Source: Podarcis tiliguerta (taxonomy: Eukaryota). Taken from it: DNA of 64,000 nucleotides. Of this stretch, positions 41,606-52,450 are shown piece after piece (positions within the stretch are counted from its first letter, which is position 1; every line of letters starts with the position of its first letter). A model generated the notes under the pieces. That model had not been told where the DNA came from. It saw only the letters and a program-made list of their open reading frames with translations, and did no database searches. The stretch lies in the NCBI GenBank assembly GCA_965153285.1, contig OZ229110.1, one strand, 5' to 3'. Position numbers and translations under genes: made by a program.

Positions 41606-42418
41606 CTTGGAAAACACAGTTCAAATGTTGTAGAAATTGTTCATATGTTATGTTAAGCTTTTAAAATATGACTTTGATAGCAATAGAAAACAAACTACAA
41701 GCTCCCGAAGTGAAAAAAATCTAGGTGAGTAGGTATTAGTTTGGGCAATTATCAGTAGATTGAGCCCAGGAGTATAAAAGTGAATAATAAATGTTGAATA
41801 GAAACTGCAAACATATTATTGTATTGCATTAAAAACTTCAAAAATTAGCAGGAAAAAAGCACAGAGAGATGGATGGAAACTAGTGGCATTTAAGAATGAT
41901 ACAGTTCAGCAGGTGCTGCCTGTGCTCCTCTCTTGCTTGGCAAACCCTTCCCAGAGTAATCATTATTCCCATTTTTACTGTTAAACAGCTATTCCCCTGC
42001 ACAAACCCATCCAGCTTTGTGGAAGTCATTAGAGAGTTATAATGGTGGCAGTTACCATGAAAGTGAGCAGAGAAGCTGACCAGCTTGCCTTTACATCAGG
42101 GATGGAGGTACCTGTGCCCCTTCAGATGTTACTGCAGTGTAACTCCCATCATCCCCAACAACTTCAGCCCCCCATCCACATTATAGCAACAAGTATAAAA
42201 CTTAGATCTTTGCACTCCTTGGATTCTTTCATACTGACTTAGACAGCACAAGTACCCCTCTACTAAAAGGGGGGGGGGGCGCTTAAAAAATACAACAGGA
42301 TGCTTTGACATCTATTATATCTCCGGGAGCTGAAGGCGTTTTGTAAGACGACGTCTTGCTTTGATAAGACTTCTTCCTTGCAAGTTTAACAACTACAGGA
42401 ATTCATTCAGATTTGCAA

Positions 42419-42610
42419 GGGATGTCGCTCAGTGGTAGAGCACCTGCTGTGCATGCATAAGATCCCGGATTCCACCCAATGGATCTCCAGGCAGGGCTGG
42501 GAGAGCGACTCCTGCACGAAACCCTGGAGAGCTGCTGCCAATCAGTGCAGACAAAGCTGGATGGGCCAATGGACCGAGTCAGTGTAAGGGCAGCTTGCTC
42601 CGTATCCTAT
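42419..42610 (+). mobile_element. tRNA-derived SINE (Squam2-like)
   Basis: tRNA-like head GGGATGTCGCTCAGTGGTAGAGCACCTGC followed by the CCCTGGAGAGCTGCTGCC body. Decayed relatives near 32200 and 50690. Confidence 0.7.
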
Positions 42611-42803
42611 ATAATTACTGTTGTTGGAAGCTGCTACGGGCGGAGGGGGGGGCGGACCCCACTAATGAAGGGGAAGGGAATGAGAAAAAGATGCAGATAT
42701 ACTAGGCGACGGGAGCCGCTGGAGCAAGAGCTGAGAGGCTTGTCGGGGTGGAGAGGCGGAGACTGCCCTCCGACCCGGGGGCACGAGGCAAACGGAACCG
42801 AAC

Positions 42804-42933
42804 CTGTCGCAGAAGAGGCACGAGGCCAGCGCGGGCGCCTTCGACTCGTCATCTTCCTCCCAGGCGCCGTCGCTGCCGCCGTCGTCAGACGAGCAAGGCT
42901 CGCTGTCCGGACCATCCCCTGCCTGCATCTCGC
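42804..42933 (-). CDS. PRMT3: PRMT3 coding exon 2 (GEMQAGDGPDSEPCSSDDGGSDGAWEEDDESKAPALASCLFCDR)
   Basis: Pyrimidine tract + CAG acceptor, GTTCGG donor, 130 nt. Acidic tract with AWE motif and CLFC, the first half of the C2H2 zinc finger. Confidence 0.95.
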
Positions 42934-43021
42934 CTGCGAGGAAAAGAGAAGAGGGATGAGCCGCGGGGCTTGGAGGTTCAGCCCCGCCGGAACCTTCGGA
43001 CGGAGGAAAGAAGTAACCTAC

Positions 43022-43049
43022 CAATCACCACAGCTGCCCGGGAGCTCAT
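43022..43049 (-). CDS. PRMT3: PRMT3 coding exon 1 (MSSRAAVVI-G)
   Basis: GCC-ATG Kozak context, 28 nt then GTAGGT donor (phase 1). An 88-nt intron leads to exon 2. Lies in the CpG island. Confidence 0.85.
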
Positions 43050-43676
43050 GGCCGGCCGGGAGGGTCCTTGGAACTCCGCCCCTCTTCCCTGCGAGGCGGA
43101 CTGGAGCACGTGCGGCTACCGAGAGCACCCAAACTTCCGGGTTGGCGCTTCCGGCAGCTAGAAGGCGGGGCGTGTGGGAAGGGGGGGGAGGAAAGAGGGA
43201 GTCTACGGCGGGCCTAGTGAGCCAAACTTGATAAGTGCGCGAGTGTTTGCTTTGTTTTTGTACCCGCGGCGGGATTTGAGGGGAGGCACGAATAAACTGC
43301 CCTGCATCCCTAACTCTTGAGGATTATGAAGTCAGGCGGGCAGCGGAGGGGGCTGTTTCCATGGTTTAAGTCCACGACGAGAGAGATGACCGTTGAAAGG
43401 AAGGCCTGAGGCGGCCAATCTCACGCATAAATTGCTAAAATTTAGCGGTTTAATAAACGATTTCCCCGCTCCAAACCTTTAACTAGCTTGCGGTTAAATA
43501 ACATTGAACGGCAAACAGCGACTTGAAAGAGCTCGTCCAATGAACGACGTCGGTTTTTCGTCTCGTAAACATGACAAAAAAAATCCCTTATATACTCTAT
43601 ATAAATAGACTACGACTTCATTTTAAAACTGGTTGGCAGAAACAAATATCTTAGGGTTTTCTGTTGCTGTTAATAA

Positions 43677-43766
43677 CATAGCTGTCAACTTTTCCCTTTT
43701 CTTGCGAGGAATCCTATTCAGAATAAGGGAATTTCCCTTAAAAAAAGGGAAACGTTGACAGCTATG
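43677..43766. mobile_element. 90-bp hAT-type MITE
   Basis: Perfect TIR CATAGCTGTCAAC...GTTGACAGCTATG. Perfect 8-bp TSD GTTAATAA at 43669-43676 and 43767-43774. Confidence 0.9.
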
Positions 43767-43859
43767 GTTAATAAATCAGTGTTAATCTGCAGTGCTGGTT
43801 CGTATGACTTGTTTGGTGCTTTATGATTGGTTTGTGGTGCACAGCAAAACTAGAAACAT

Positions 43860-44420
43860 AATGAATTGAAAGAAAATGTTTAAAATAACTTTTGTAAAAA
43901 CAAACAAACAAACCCAGAAGCCTTTTATTAGGAATTGTAGGTACCGACATTCCAAAGGAACAGAAAATACTTTTCAAGTATGTGACAACAGCAATGCAGA
44001 TGCTACTAGCCCAGAGATGGAAAGAAGACAAAGTCTCTGCCAGAGAGGCATGGCAAACCAAGCTGTTGGACTATGCCGAAATGGCAAAACTGACCGGAAG
44101 GCTCAGAAACCAAGAAGAACCAAACTTCAATGAAGAATGGGAAAAAATTATAATTTATCTAGGAGACCACTGTAAGCAGATGAAAACCTGAGCAGGATTT
44201 TAATAACACTTGTAATGTAGCGAATATTATGGATAATATGGAAAGATATGAAATATAGACTATGAAATATTATGCAGTTGAGAAGGTGGACAGTAGGATC
44301 TATGGAGGGGAAGGTGGGAAGTCCAGAGATTTGGAGAAATCTCTAAATAGGGATACGTAATTTGGATTGTTATAATTCTCTATTTGTAAAATCAAAAATA
44401 ATAATTATATATGTAAAAAG
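43860..44420 (+). mobile_element. L1-clade LINE 3' fragment
   Basis: Peptide TTAMQMLLAQRWK...WQTKLLDYAEMAKL is homologous to the ORF2 end of the 12223-13559 element. A-rich 3' end. Confidence 0.8.
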
Positions 44421-44759
44421 GGAGGCTTGAGTTGGGGTGGCACCTTCCCATTTCATATCAGGTGACGAAACAGGATGGCACTGTCCTTGCCCATCCCTCA
44501 AAAATGCCATCTAAAATGAGCAAAGGAATTCCTGCAGCAGGGCACTTTCCCTCCCCTCCCCTTCTTGAATGTACACTCTAAAATGGAAGACCCTGCAGTA
44601 TGAGACCAGTCTTATAGCACACAGTCAACTCAAGTGAAGATGATGATCTTCTTGTCATTGCCCCAGTCCCATCCTTGAAACTACAGTCTGTAAAGAGGAA
44701 AGAAGGAGACGCTCTAAGCAGAACAGGAGGAGAGAAATGCCTTCTACTGAGCTCATTCA

Positions 44760-45672
44760 CAGGACTGTCTTAAGCATATGCAAAGAGCCACCCTGCGCCC
44801 CTAGGTTGCCCAGAGTTGTTGACATTTCTTGGGGGGGACCCCAAAGTTGTTGGCTTTTTAAAAAGGAAATAGCTGTTTACCTTTAGAACGGTTGTGGGAC
44901 ACAGGGACTCACAGCGCCAACCAAAAGGGGTGCCAGCGCCCCACGCACAGGGTCGTGTGAAGGGTGCGGGTTCCATGCTGGGGGGGGGGGACGACAAAAT
45001 GTCGGGCAGCACGCACAGTCACCGTGCTGTCCACCCGCTGCCTCCCCCCCCCACATGGCGGTTAACTTTCGGCTGTGCGCACATCGCCCGTAGCGCCATG
45101 TAACGTCGTGGCCACTGTGCGACGCATACTGTTGCATGCGCCAAGCTGCAGGTTCCTTGCTGGCTTTTCTGCTGTTGGCACACGCTCCCAGAGCCGTCCA
45201 ACTTGGGGTGCCAGTGCAGAACGATGGGGAATGCAAGCGGCATTGGAGGCAACATCTCTGGACAGGATCCGTGTGCTCGTATTTGTTGGGCTTTGTTGCT
45301 GCCTTCGGTGCTGTCGGTGTGCGGCGGATCCCACCACAACATTACACGGCGCTCTGGGCGTGGCACCAAAACAGTTAGCTGCCATGCAGCTGGGGCAAGA
45401 GCCAACAGCCGAGCGGAGCCGAGTCTGTTGGAGCACCATGGGCTCCTCTGCTGCTGTGGCTTGGTGCGAGTTCGGGGGCGAGCGTTAGAGTCCGGGGAAG
45501 AGCTGCCTGCAGCAGAAGAGCCTGCAACGCTCCGACGGGCTCTGCTCCGCTCGACTGTCAGCGGCTCTTCCCCAGAATCCAACACTCGGCCCCGGACTCT
45601 CGGCCTGGTGTCCCTCAAAGCCTGGCACTCTGGTGCTGTGCACCCCTAGTGCAAACGGTTAAGACGGCCCTG
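44760..45672. mobile_element. hAT-like non-autonomous element with GC-rich fold-back interior
   Basis: Imperfect TIRs CAGGACTGTCTTAA / TTAAGACGGCCCTG. No clear TSD. Confidence 0.55.
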
Positions 45673-45731
45673 TTCCTGTATAGGATATAGCCAGTGCCAG
45701 ATTTATGTATAGGCTAAGTAGGCTGAATCCT

Positions 45732-45950
45732 AGGGCCTCTAAATCTAGGGGGGCCCGCCAACCTGCCCACTCCCTAGCAGGCAACCTCCCCTCTCCCAAA
45801 ATTGCAAACCCAATACTTCATGCGAGGGCAGGGCAACTTGGGCCTCCAAATCTAGGGGGCCTTGCCAGCCTGCCATCTCCCCAGTGCCGCAGTCTCTCTT
45901 CTCCCAAAATTGGAAACCCAAGACTTCATGCAAGGGCAGGGAAACTCAGG
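45732..45950. repeat. Two diverged ~107-bp tandem units, probably inside a DNA-transposon remnant
   Basis: GGGCCTC.AAATCTAGGGGG...TCTCCCAAAATTG.AAACCCAA.ACTTCATGC.AGGGCAGGG occurs twice. Confidence 0.75.
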
Positions 45951-46676
45951 CCCAGCAACTATGAGACTCAGGGCTAGCCAGTGGGGCCCAATTTGAAGAA
46001 GTGGGGCCCAACTTTAGTTTTTTTCATAGAACCCCAGTTCACAGCCAAAGTCTGCAAAATCTCATAGATATAAATAAAATCCATCTAGATTGCCCTAGTG
46101 TGGGGGGTCTGTTAGGAGCGGCCCACAGGGCCCAATTTAGCCCAGTTGTTCCAATTGCCTTAAGGTCAGCCCTGATGAGTTTGTACAGGGGTTGGACTGA
46201 CAAGCCCTGCACCTTCTAGGTCCCTGGTGTCACTATTCAGAGTACAGACTCAAGGACTTGTAATGGAAATAAAGGGGGGGCACTTATTGGAAATCAGTTT
46301 TGTCACCTCCCCCCACCCCAAACCCCGGGGCGATGAGCACAGCCACCTTTTATTCAGTCGTATAAGCACTACACTGCAGCATGGCCATAAAGCTGTACGT
46401 TCAACTGCTGAAATACCCAATATGTAGCAATGGGGATTTATGTTACTGCTTTATGGATGAATACTGTGTTTCTTAATTGACTCTATTTTTGGAATTACCT
46501 AAGAGCCACCAATAGGGAGCTCTAGAATCTGACAGCTAACCAATTTGGTACTACCAAACAGTGACCCCTATTGCTGAAAGTGGTGGCCTGTCCAGTTGAG
46601 GATTGTGTTGCAAGTATGCAAGAATGTGATTATCCTGCCATTGTAATAACAGGGTTTGTTGCTGATGGTATCCTTA

Positions 46677-46922
46677 TGTTGAATAGTGGATAGACATGGC
46701 AGACGACACAGCGATTTCTCCAAAGCAGCTCTTTATTTTGTAAGCTGGAACAGAACTGAGCAGCAAACAGCTCAGCCGGCTTGCTTTTATAGGCAGCTGG
46801 CTGTCAACACTGTAGCAACAACAACCCAGGGTTTCCCGCCTAAAATAACTGACGTGGACCTGAGTGAAAACTATCTACAGTATCCCCCTGCTGGCCCAGG
46901 GTGAGAACTTCAGTACATAACA
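46677..46922 (-). mobile_element. Solo LTR (Gypsy/ERV-type), 246 bp
   Basis: TGTT...AACA termini, perfect 5-bp TSD CCTTA at 46672-46676 and 46923-46927. Minus strand has CTATAAAAG then AATAAA. Confidence 0.88.
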
Positions 46923-47305
46923 CCTTATGTCTCAAGAGACAATGGAGTACATCTCCAGGTGTGAAGCGAAACCATTGTGTTAGCAGTACTGAAGTGACCT
47001 CCCTGGGTGCAAGCCTGGGCAGTGGGTATGGAGGTTCTGGGCTGCTAAGATCCCACTCTCAACCTAGGCTTCAGGAGTTGCAGAAAGGAGGTGTTCAAGA
47101 TGCCATCCAACCATCTTAGGGAGTCCACTCCAGATTTTTTTAGGGTTTACTCTGTAGCCTTTTCTTCTCCCAAAGATATCCCAGAAAGCAGCAGAGGTAT
47201 AGGATCAGAGTTTTCCTTCTCTTAGATGGGCTACCTTCCCAGGTTGACGAGTCCCATCCCCCCCCTCACTTCCCTCTCTACAGCATGTGCAGAAACCGCC
47301 TTCTT

Positions 47306-47987
47306 TTTTTTCTTTTTAAAAAATATTTTATTAAGGATTTTCTTGTTTTACAGAAGTAAGTGTAATGCCTTGTACAGTGGTGCCCCGCAAGACGAATGCC
47401 TCGCAAGACGGAAAACCCGCTAGACGAAAGGGTTTTCTGTTTTGGAGGTGCTTCGCAGGACGAATTTCTCTATGGGCTTGCTTCGCAAGACGAAAATGTC
47501 TTGCGATTCCTGGGGGGTTTTTTCGCTCCCCATCCCCTTTTTCTAAGGCACTAAGCTGCTAATAGCCTTTTAGCAGCTAATCCGCTAATCCCTTAAGCCT
47601 TTAATAGCCGCTAAACCGCTAATAGCGCTAATCCGCTAATGGGCTTGCTTCGCAAGACGAAAAAACCGCTAGACGAAGAGACTCACGGAACGGATTCTTT
47701 TCGTCTTGCGAGGCACCACTGTATTTTATTTTTCCATGTAACATTTTTACAAATCCGTTATGGCTAACCTGATCCAAAACACCCACCCACCTCACTCACA
47801 CACGAAAACAAAGATCACCACAGCCAATCACAAACAAACAATCACACCCTAGGCAAACCCCAACCTCTCTCACCACCAAAGGAACACAAGTGAACAACAC
47901 AAGCAACACTGACACCAAACTCTACATACATTAAGCATAATAGAAACATCACCACCAGACCCTACCCCCATCCATCTTCCCTCCCTC
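47306..47987 (-). mobile_element. Poly(A)-tailed retro-insertion (L1-mobilised) interrupted by a MITE
   Basis: 16-bp TSD CAGAAACCGCCTTCTT at 47290-47305 and 47988-48003. T-tract and TTTATT at the left end. Confidence 0.8.
47375..47721. mobile_element. Tigger-like MITE, family B
   Basis: CAGTGGTGCCCCGCAAGACG...CGTCTTGCGAGGCACCACTG, TA TSD. Interior of GCTAAT/TAGC micro-repeats. Confidence 0.9.
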
Positions 47988-50900
47988 CAGAAACCGCCTT
48001 CTTGACTGTTGGGTCCACGATTGGTCTCATCCTCTCAATCCTCTGGAGCCTGTCTTCACATGCAGGGGAAGTTCCTAACGCACCAAGGGTTTGAGACCCA
48101 TCGGCTACCACCTGGTTTAACTGACCAGTCAAAGCTGTTCTCAGGGTGGCCGCTGTTGCACGCTGACAGATTCTAGGAGTCACAGGTGAGAGCTGAGTGC
48201 AGGGTGGGGACCAAAGGTGGACAAACTACCTCAGAAGGAGCATGACATGTCCCCTGCTAGACGTACTACCCCTCCCCTAACACCCCATACACAATTACAT
48301 TCTAGGAATTTACCTACATTTCAAACCAGCACAGAGTTCATATTAATCACAGAGAGGAAATGGGAGAATCACAATAGTCGTGTGCATTTGAGTACATTGC
48401 ACTCCCATCTCTTTGGGAAGGGAGAGGTTGAAGGAAGAATGGAGAAGATGCCTGGATCCTATTCTGAAATGTCACTCATCCCTGCTAGCCAATAATTTTT
48501 CTTCCATTACTTGCTGGGGGCGGGAGTGCAGCACCAGTTACAACAGTGATAATCAAGTTCCTAGTGGATACTGGTCCTGTAGTGCTGGGAAGACAAGTGT
48601 TAATTATCTGTCAGTTGATTTGTGTAGATTGATTGGGGGGTTTTTTTGCAGTTGATTAGTTGTGCCAAATGTTTTGTTGTTTGCTATAGTATTCCAAATT
48701 CATATTCATGGTGTAATATATATATTTGGAGGTGTGCAATTATTAACTTGTTTTAGCATTTTGAGTTAGTTTTAATGTCTAATTATAGGTGCTATCCATT
48801 GCCCTGGGGTTGACTGTGGAGCAATTTACATCTAACCTTTATTGCTACTTTGAGACTTTTCTTCCCTGTCTCCTGAATATTGTAGTGTGTTATATAGGCA
48901 TATGGGCATAGAAAGAATATCTCAGATAGTGAACTCTATATAAATGATGGATTGAACTGCAACCCTATATAAATTTAAATGAGTGCAAGACCCATGGATC
49001 TCAGTGGAGGGTAGTTCTGACTAGAGATGTATAGGATTGCACTGTCACTGTAGTATCTAACAAGCATGGCTCTTAAAACCCAGAATGAATTGATCATGTT
49101 AAAGCAAAACTTACAGTAAAAGGAACTATGAAAACACTGACAACATTTAGTTTCGATCTCTTGTGGTTACTTTTTGTTTTCATTTTAAATGTAAAAGAGC
49201 CTTCTGTAAAGAGAAGAGAAAGTTTCACCAGACTTTTGTTACAGTCTTGGGATTGTGGCAGTCTGGACACATTTTATATTGCTTTGATGGATTCCTGTTG
49301 CCTTAATGGGAAAGCAACAGCTCCTTACAAAAAGTGGGGAAAGCTATAGCTTAAGCTTATTTAATTCAACTAAATTGAATTAATTCAAGCAAATTATACT
49401 TTAGAAAAAGCTGAAGCCTCTCTCTTCCTTACAAAAATACTAATTCTCTTTACACATGCATTATTTCCAGTTTTTAAAAGAAAAAGGAGGGGACTGTTTG
49501 AAGTATTATATGTAGTAGTTGTGTGTAAAATCTCTCATTCTTCATATTGGCTTCTTAAAAATTAGCCAGCCAATCAAAAGTCCCTAGACCGACGCTGTCT
49601 TTCTGAGTTAATCCAAGGCCAGTAAAAGGATAATTTGATTAAACTGAGACCCTAATTTATTTAGCTTTAGTTCTGGATCAAGCTTTCCTTAATAGAGTGC
49701 TGTCGTCTTCAATTGTTTGAGGCAAATTAAAGTGACATAAATACCATGGGACTTTTTCAATCTGATTAGTCAGCTAACTTGCATCAATACTACCCCAGCC
49801 ATCAGATGCTGGCGTCCTTCTTTTCATTAGTCTTACTAACAACTGACAAGCTCTCCTTGAAGAATGGGCACCCACGCTGCCACGTCGACCCCCACACTTA
49901 ACCCATCATCCTTCCTCAATGGGTCCCGTTTGACAAGGTGCCCACACCTTTCTCCACTGCTGTTCCCCAGACAAAGCTAAATATTGTTTTATGAGCTATC
50001 AATAGCCTGTTAATCCCAAACAATTTCACAAATCCACTGAGCACTCAAACTGATTATAAACATTTGTTCTTTTAAGATGCTAAATTTCTGCTGGTTTATT
50101 TCCTCTGTTCTCTTTCCTCACCGTGCGATGCCCAGATCATTGTAGCTGGAAAGGAAAGCTTCAAATACGAAAGGTAGGCTGCCCTTTATTGCTGCATTTT
50201 GCCAATGAGCACCAGAAAAAGTAACTTCTTTGAAGATAGAATATCATGATATGGGAGCAAAGATTTAACAAATGCAAAGAGGGCTTTTGTTATTGTTGCT
50301 GTTAAAGATACAAACTCGCCGTCTTTTCAAGTGCCAGCACAATAGGATTCTATCTGCAAGGGTTTCTAATAGGAGAAAAGTTCCATATTTATCTTAAAGG
50401 GGTCTGAAGCATCAAAATGATCCTTACCATTAATGCAAATGGCAAGTCTGTTATACTATAGATTCATTTTGAAAACAAATTTTATATGTGCAGGTGTAAA
50501 AAATACATAGTTAGAAACAGTGAACTCAAACATCAACTATATTCAAATATTGGCTATACTTAATGCACAAACCAATAAATGAAACAAGGTGAACATGAGA
50601 GATTACTCCAGAACTCTTCAATGTCACAGGGTAAATTATGTAAAAAAAAAAAGAGATTTAGAATGACGGCATCATCAATGGCCAGGGGTGGTCCATAGCT
50701 CAGTGGTGGAGCACATGCTCTGAAAACAAAAGGTCTCCAGGTAGGGTTTGGAGTGGGTTGAAAGGGTCCAAAACCTTTTAGAAACATGATGAGCTGGGTA
50801 GTATGAGGCATTTTCATATGTTGCTTACTTCAGGACAGTTTTCAGGGGCAGCAAATTACCTGGCTACTACCGTAGTTCTTTTTCAATGTTAGAAGGAGAA

Positions 50901-51775
50901 TCACTAAGGCAAAGTTGAGCAGTGCATAAAACCTGAGCTCATGTACATTGTAACAGGAAGCTGTATAACCAAACAGGATATACTCCAAAACTAGTTTAGG
51001 CCAGATACTTGTGCCAGTGGTGCAATCCTGTACATGTCTGCTCAGAAGTAACTCCCATTGACTTCATTGGGGCTTTCTCTGAAACAAGTGAGTCTTGGAT
51101 TGCAGCCAGGTAGAGAAATCCAAACCCCCTTGTCCTGGATTGGAGAGCGGTTGAACTGGGTGGAGATGTCCTTCCACACAGTTCTCTATCCTGGCTGGCT
51201 TCTCATCAGTGTGGCACTCCTGTTTCCACCCACTGAGCTTCTTGGTAGACAGTGGAAAGCCCAAACACGGGGCATTCTGGAGGCAGGGATGAGTGAGCCC
51301 AGGGTCCTTTGGATCTCAAACTGGTGTCACTGCTGTTGTGTGACAGCATTAGGCCTGGTTGGTGCTATAGTCTTACTGCACTCAACTTTCTTCCCTGGCC
51401 ACTGTGCACAGCAGGACTGCAGATGTGGTGGTGACCCCCCTATTCCACAAAGCTCCACTAGCAGTGGGTAGCGGGAGGTTTGAATTGCAGCCTAAATAAT
51501 CTTTATTCAAGTCTGTGGTCTTATGGGAATATGGGTATCTACCCAGTGCTGTGAGTACTCCCAGCAGAGATGCAGCTTATCCACTTGCAGCTTCTTTTAG
51601 GCACACTTCCCTGCAATTTGTGGCCAGTCCCTGCACAGCACAGCTCTTTCCATTCTTTCCACCTGCTTCCTTGTGCTCTGAGGCACATGTTAAATGCAAA
51701 GCAGTTCGAGCTGCACAAGGCACAGCTGGTTTTCAAGCCAACCACCACCACCAGCAGCAGCAGCAGCAACAACAA

Positions 51776-52450
51776 TTTTATTATTTCTAGCCCACCCATC
51801 TGGCTGGGTGTCCCAAGCCACTTTGGGTGGCTTACAGAATATATAAAACATAATAAAGCATCAAACATAAAAAACTTCCCAATACAGGGCTGCCTTCCGA
51901 TGTCTTCTAAAAGTTGTGTAATTCTTTATCTCCTTGACATCTGAAGGGAGGGCATTCCACAGGGTGGGTGCCACTACCGAGAAGGCCCTCTGCTTGGTTC
52001 CCTGTAACTTTGCTTCTTGCAGTGAGGGAACCAACAGAAGACCCTTGGAGGAGCTCAGTGTCTGGGCTGAGTGATGGTGATGGAGATGTTCCTTCAGGTA
52101 TACTGGACTGAGGTCATTTAGGGCTTTAAAGGTCAGCACCAGCACTTTGAATTGTGCTTGAAAACACACTAGGAGCCAATGAATATCCTTTAGGACCAGT
52201 TTATATGGTCCAGATGGCCACTCCCAGTCACCATTCTAGCTGCCGCATTCTGGATTAGTTGCAGTTTCTGGGTCACATTCTAAGGTAGCCCCACATAGAG
52301 CACACTGCAGTTGTCCAAGCGGGAGATAACCAGAGCATGCACCACTCTGGTGAGACAATCTGTGGGCAGGTAGGGTCGCAGCCAGCATAGCAAGTGGAGC
52401 TGGTAGACAGATGCCCTGGACACAGAATTGACCTGCACTTCCATGGACAG
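51776..52450 (-). mobile_element. L2/CR1-group LINE 3' fragment
   Basis: Peptides LVISRLDNCSVLYVGLP and FKVLVLTFKALN...RAFSVVAPTLWNALP are typical of the L2 ORF2 end. Microsatellite tail at 51741-51785. Confidence 0.85.

Larger units (their letters stand above)
42630..43420 (-). promoter_or_regulatory. CpG island / PRMT3 promoter
   Basis: Dense CpG, GC-rich stretch over exons 1-2. E-box CACGTG at 43107-43112, two ETS-like CTTCCGG near 43134 and 43148, GC box GGCGGGGC near 43164, CCAAT near 43416. Boundaries approximate. Confidence 0.9.

Noticed and set aside
42419-42490. tRNA-like sequence
   Set aside because: Degenerate B box/T arm and it continues into a SINE body, so it is not a functional tRNA gene.
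42479-43231. 250-aa antisense ORF over the PRMT3 CpG island
   Set aside because: It starts inside a SINE, is low-complexity Arg/Gly-rich, and stop codons are naturally rare in GC-rich DNA. No recognisable domain.
45019-45649. Overlapping 125-199 aa ORFs on both strands
   Set aside because: Explained by GC richness and inverted-repeat symmetry. No domain or splice evidence.
48418-48490. Peptide KGEVEGRMEKM resembling HTATIP2 KGEVEAKVEEL
   Set aside because: Short match on the strand opposite to that expected, weak acceptor, no donor at the right distance, and in the wrong order relative to the other look-alike at ~49240. Most likely chance; TBLASTN would settle it.
49240-49325. Peptide D..LD...SCCLNGKATA resembling HTATIP2 exon 2 (GFCCLGTTRGKAGA)
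   Set aside because: Needs several gaps, has no splice donor, and the exon order is inconsistent with a + strand gene.
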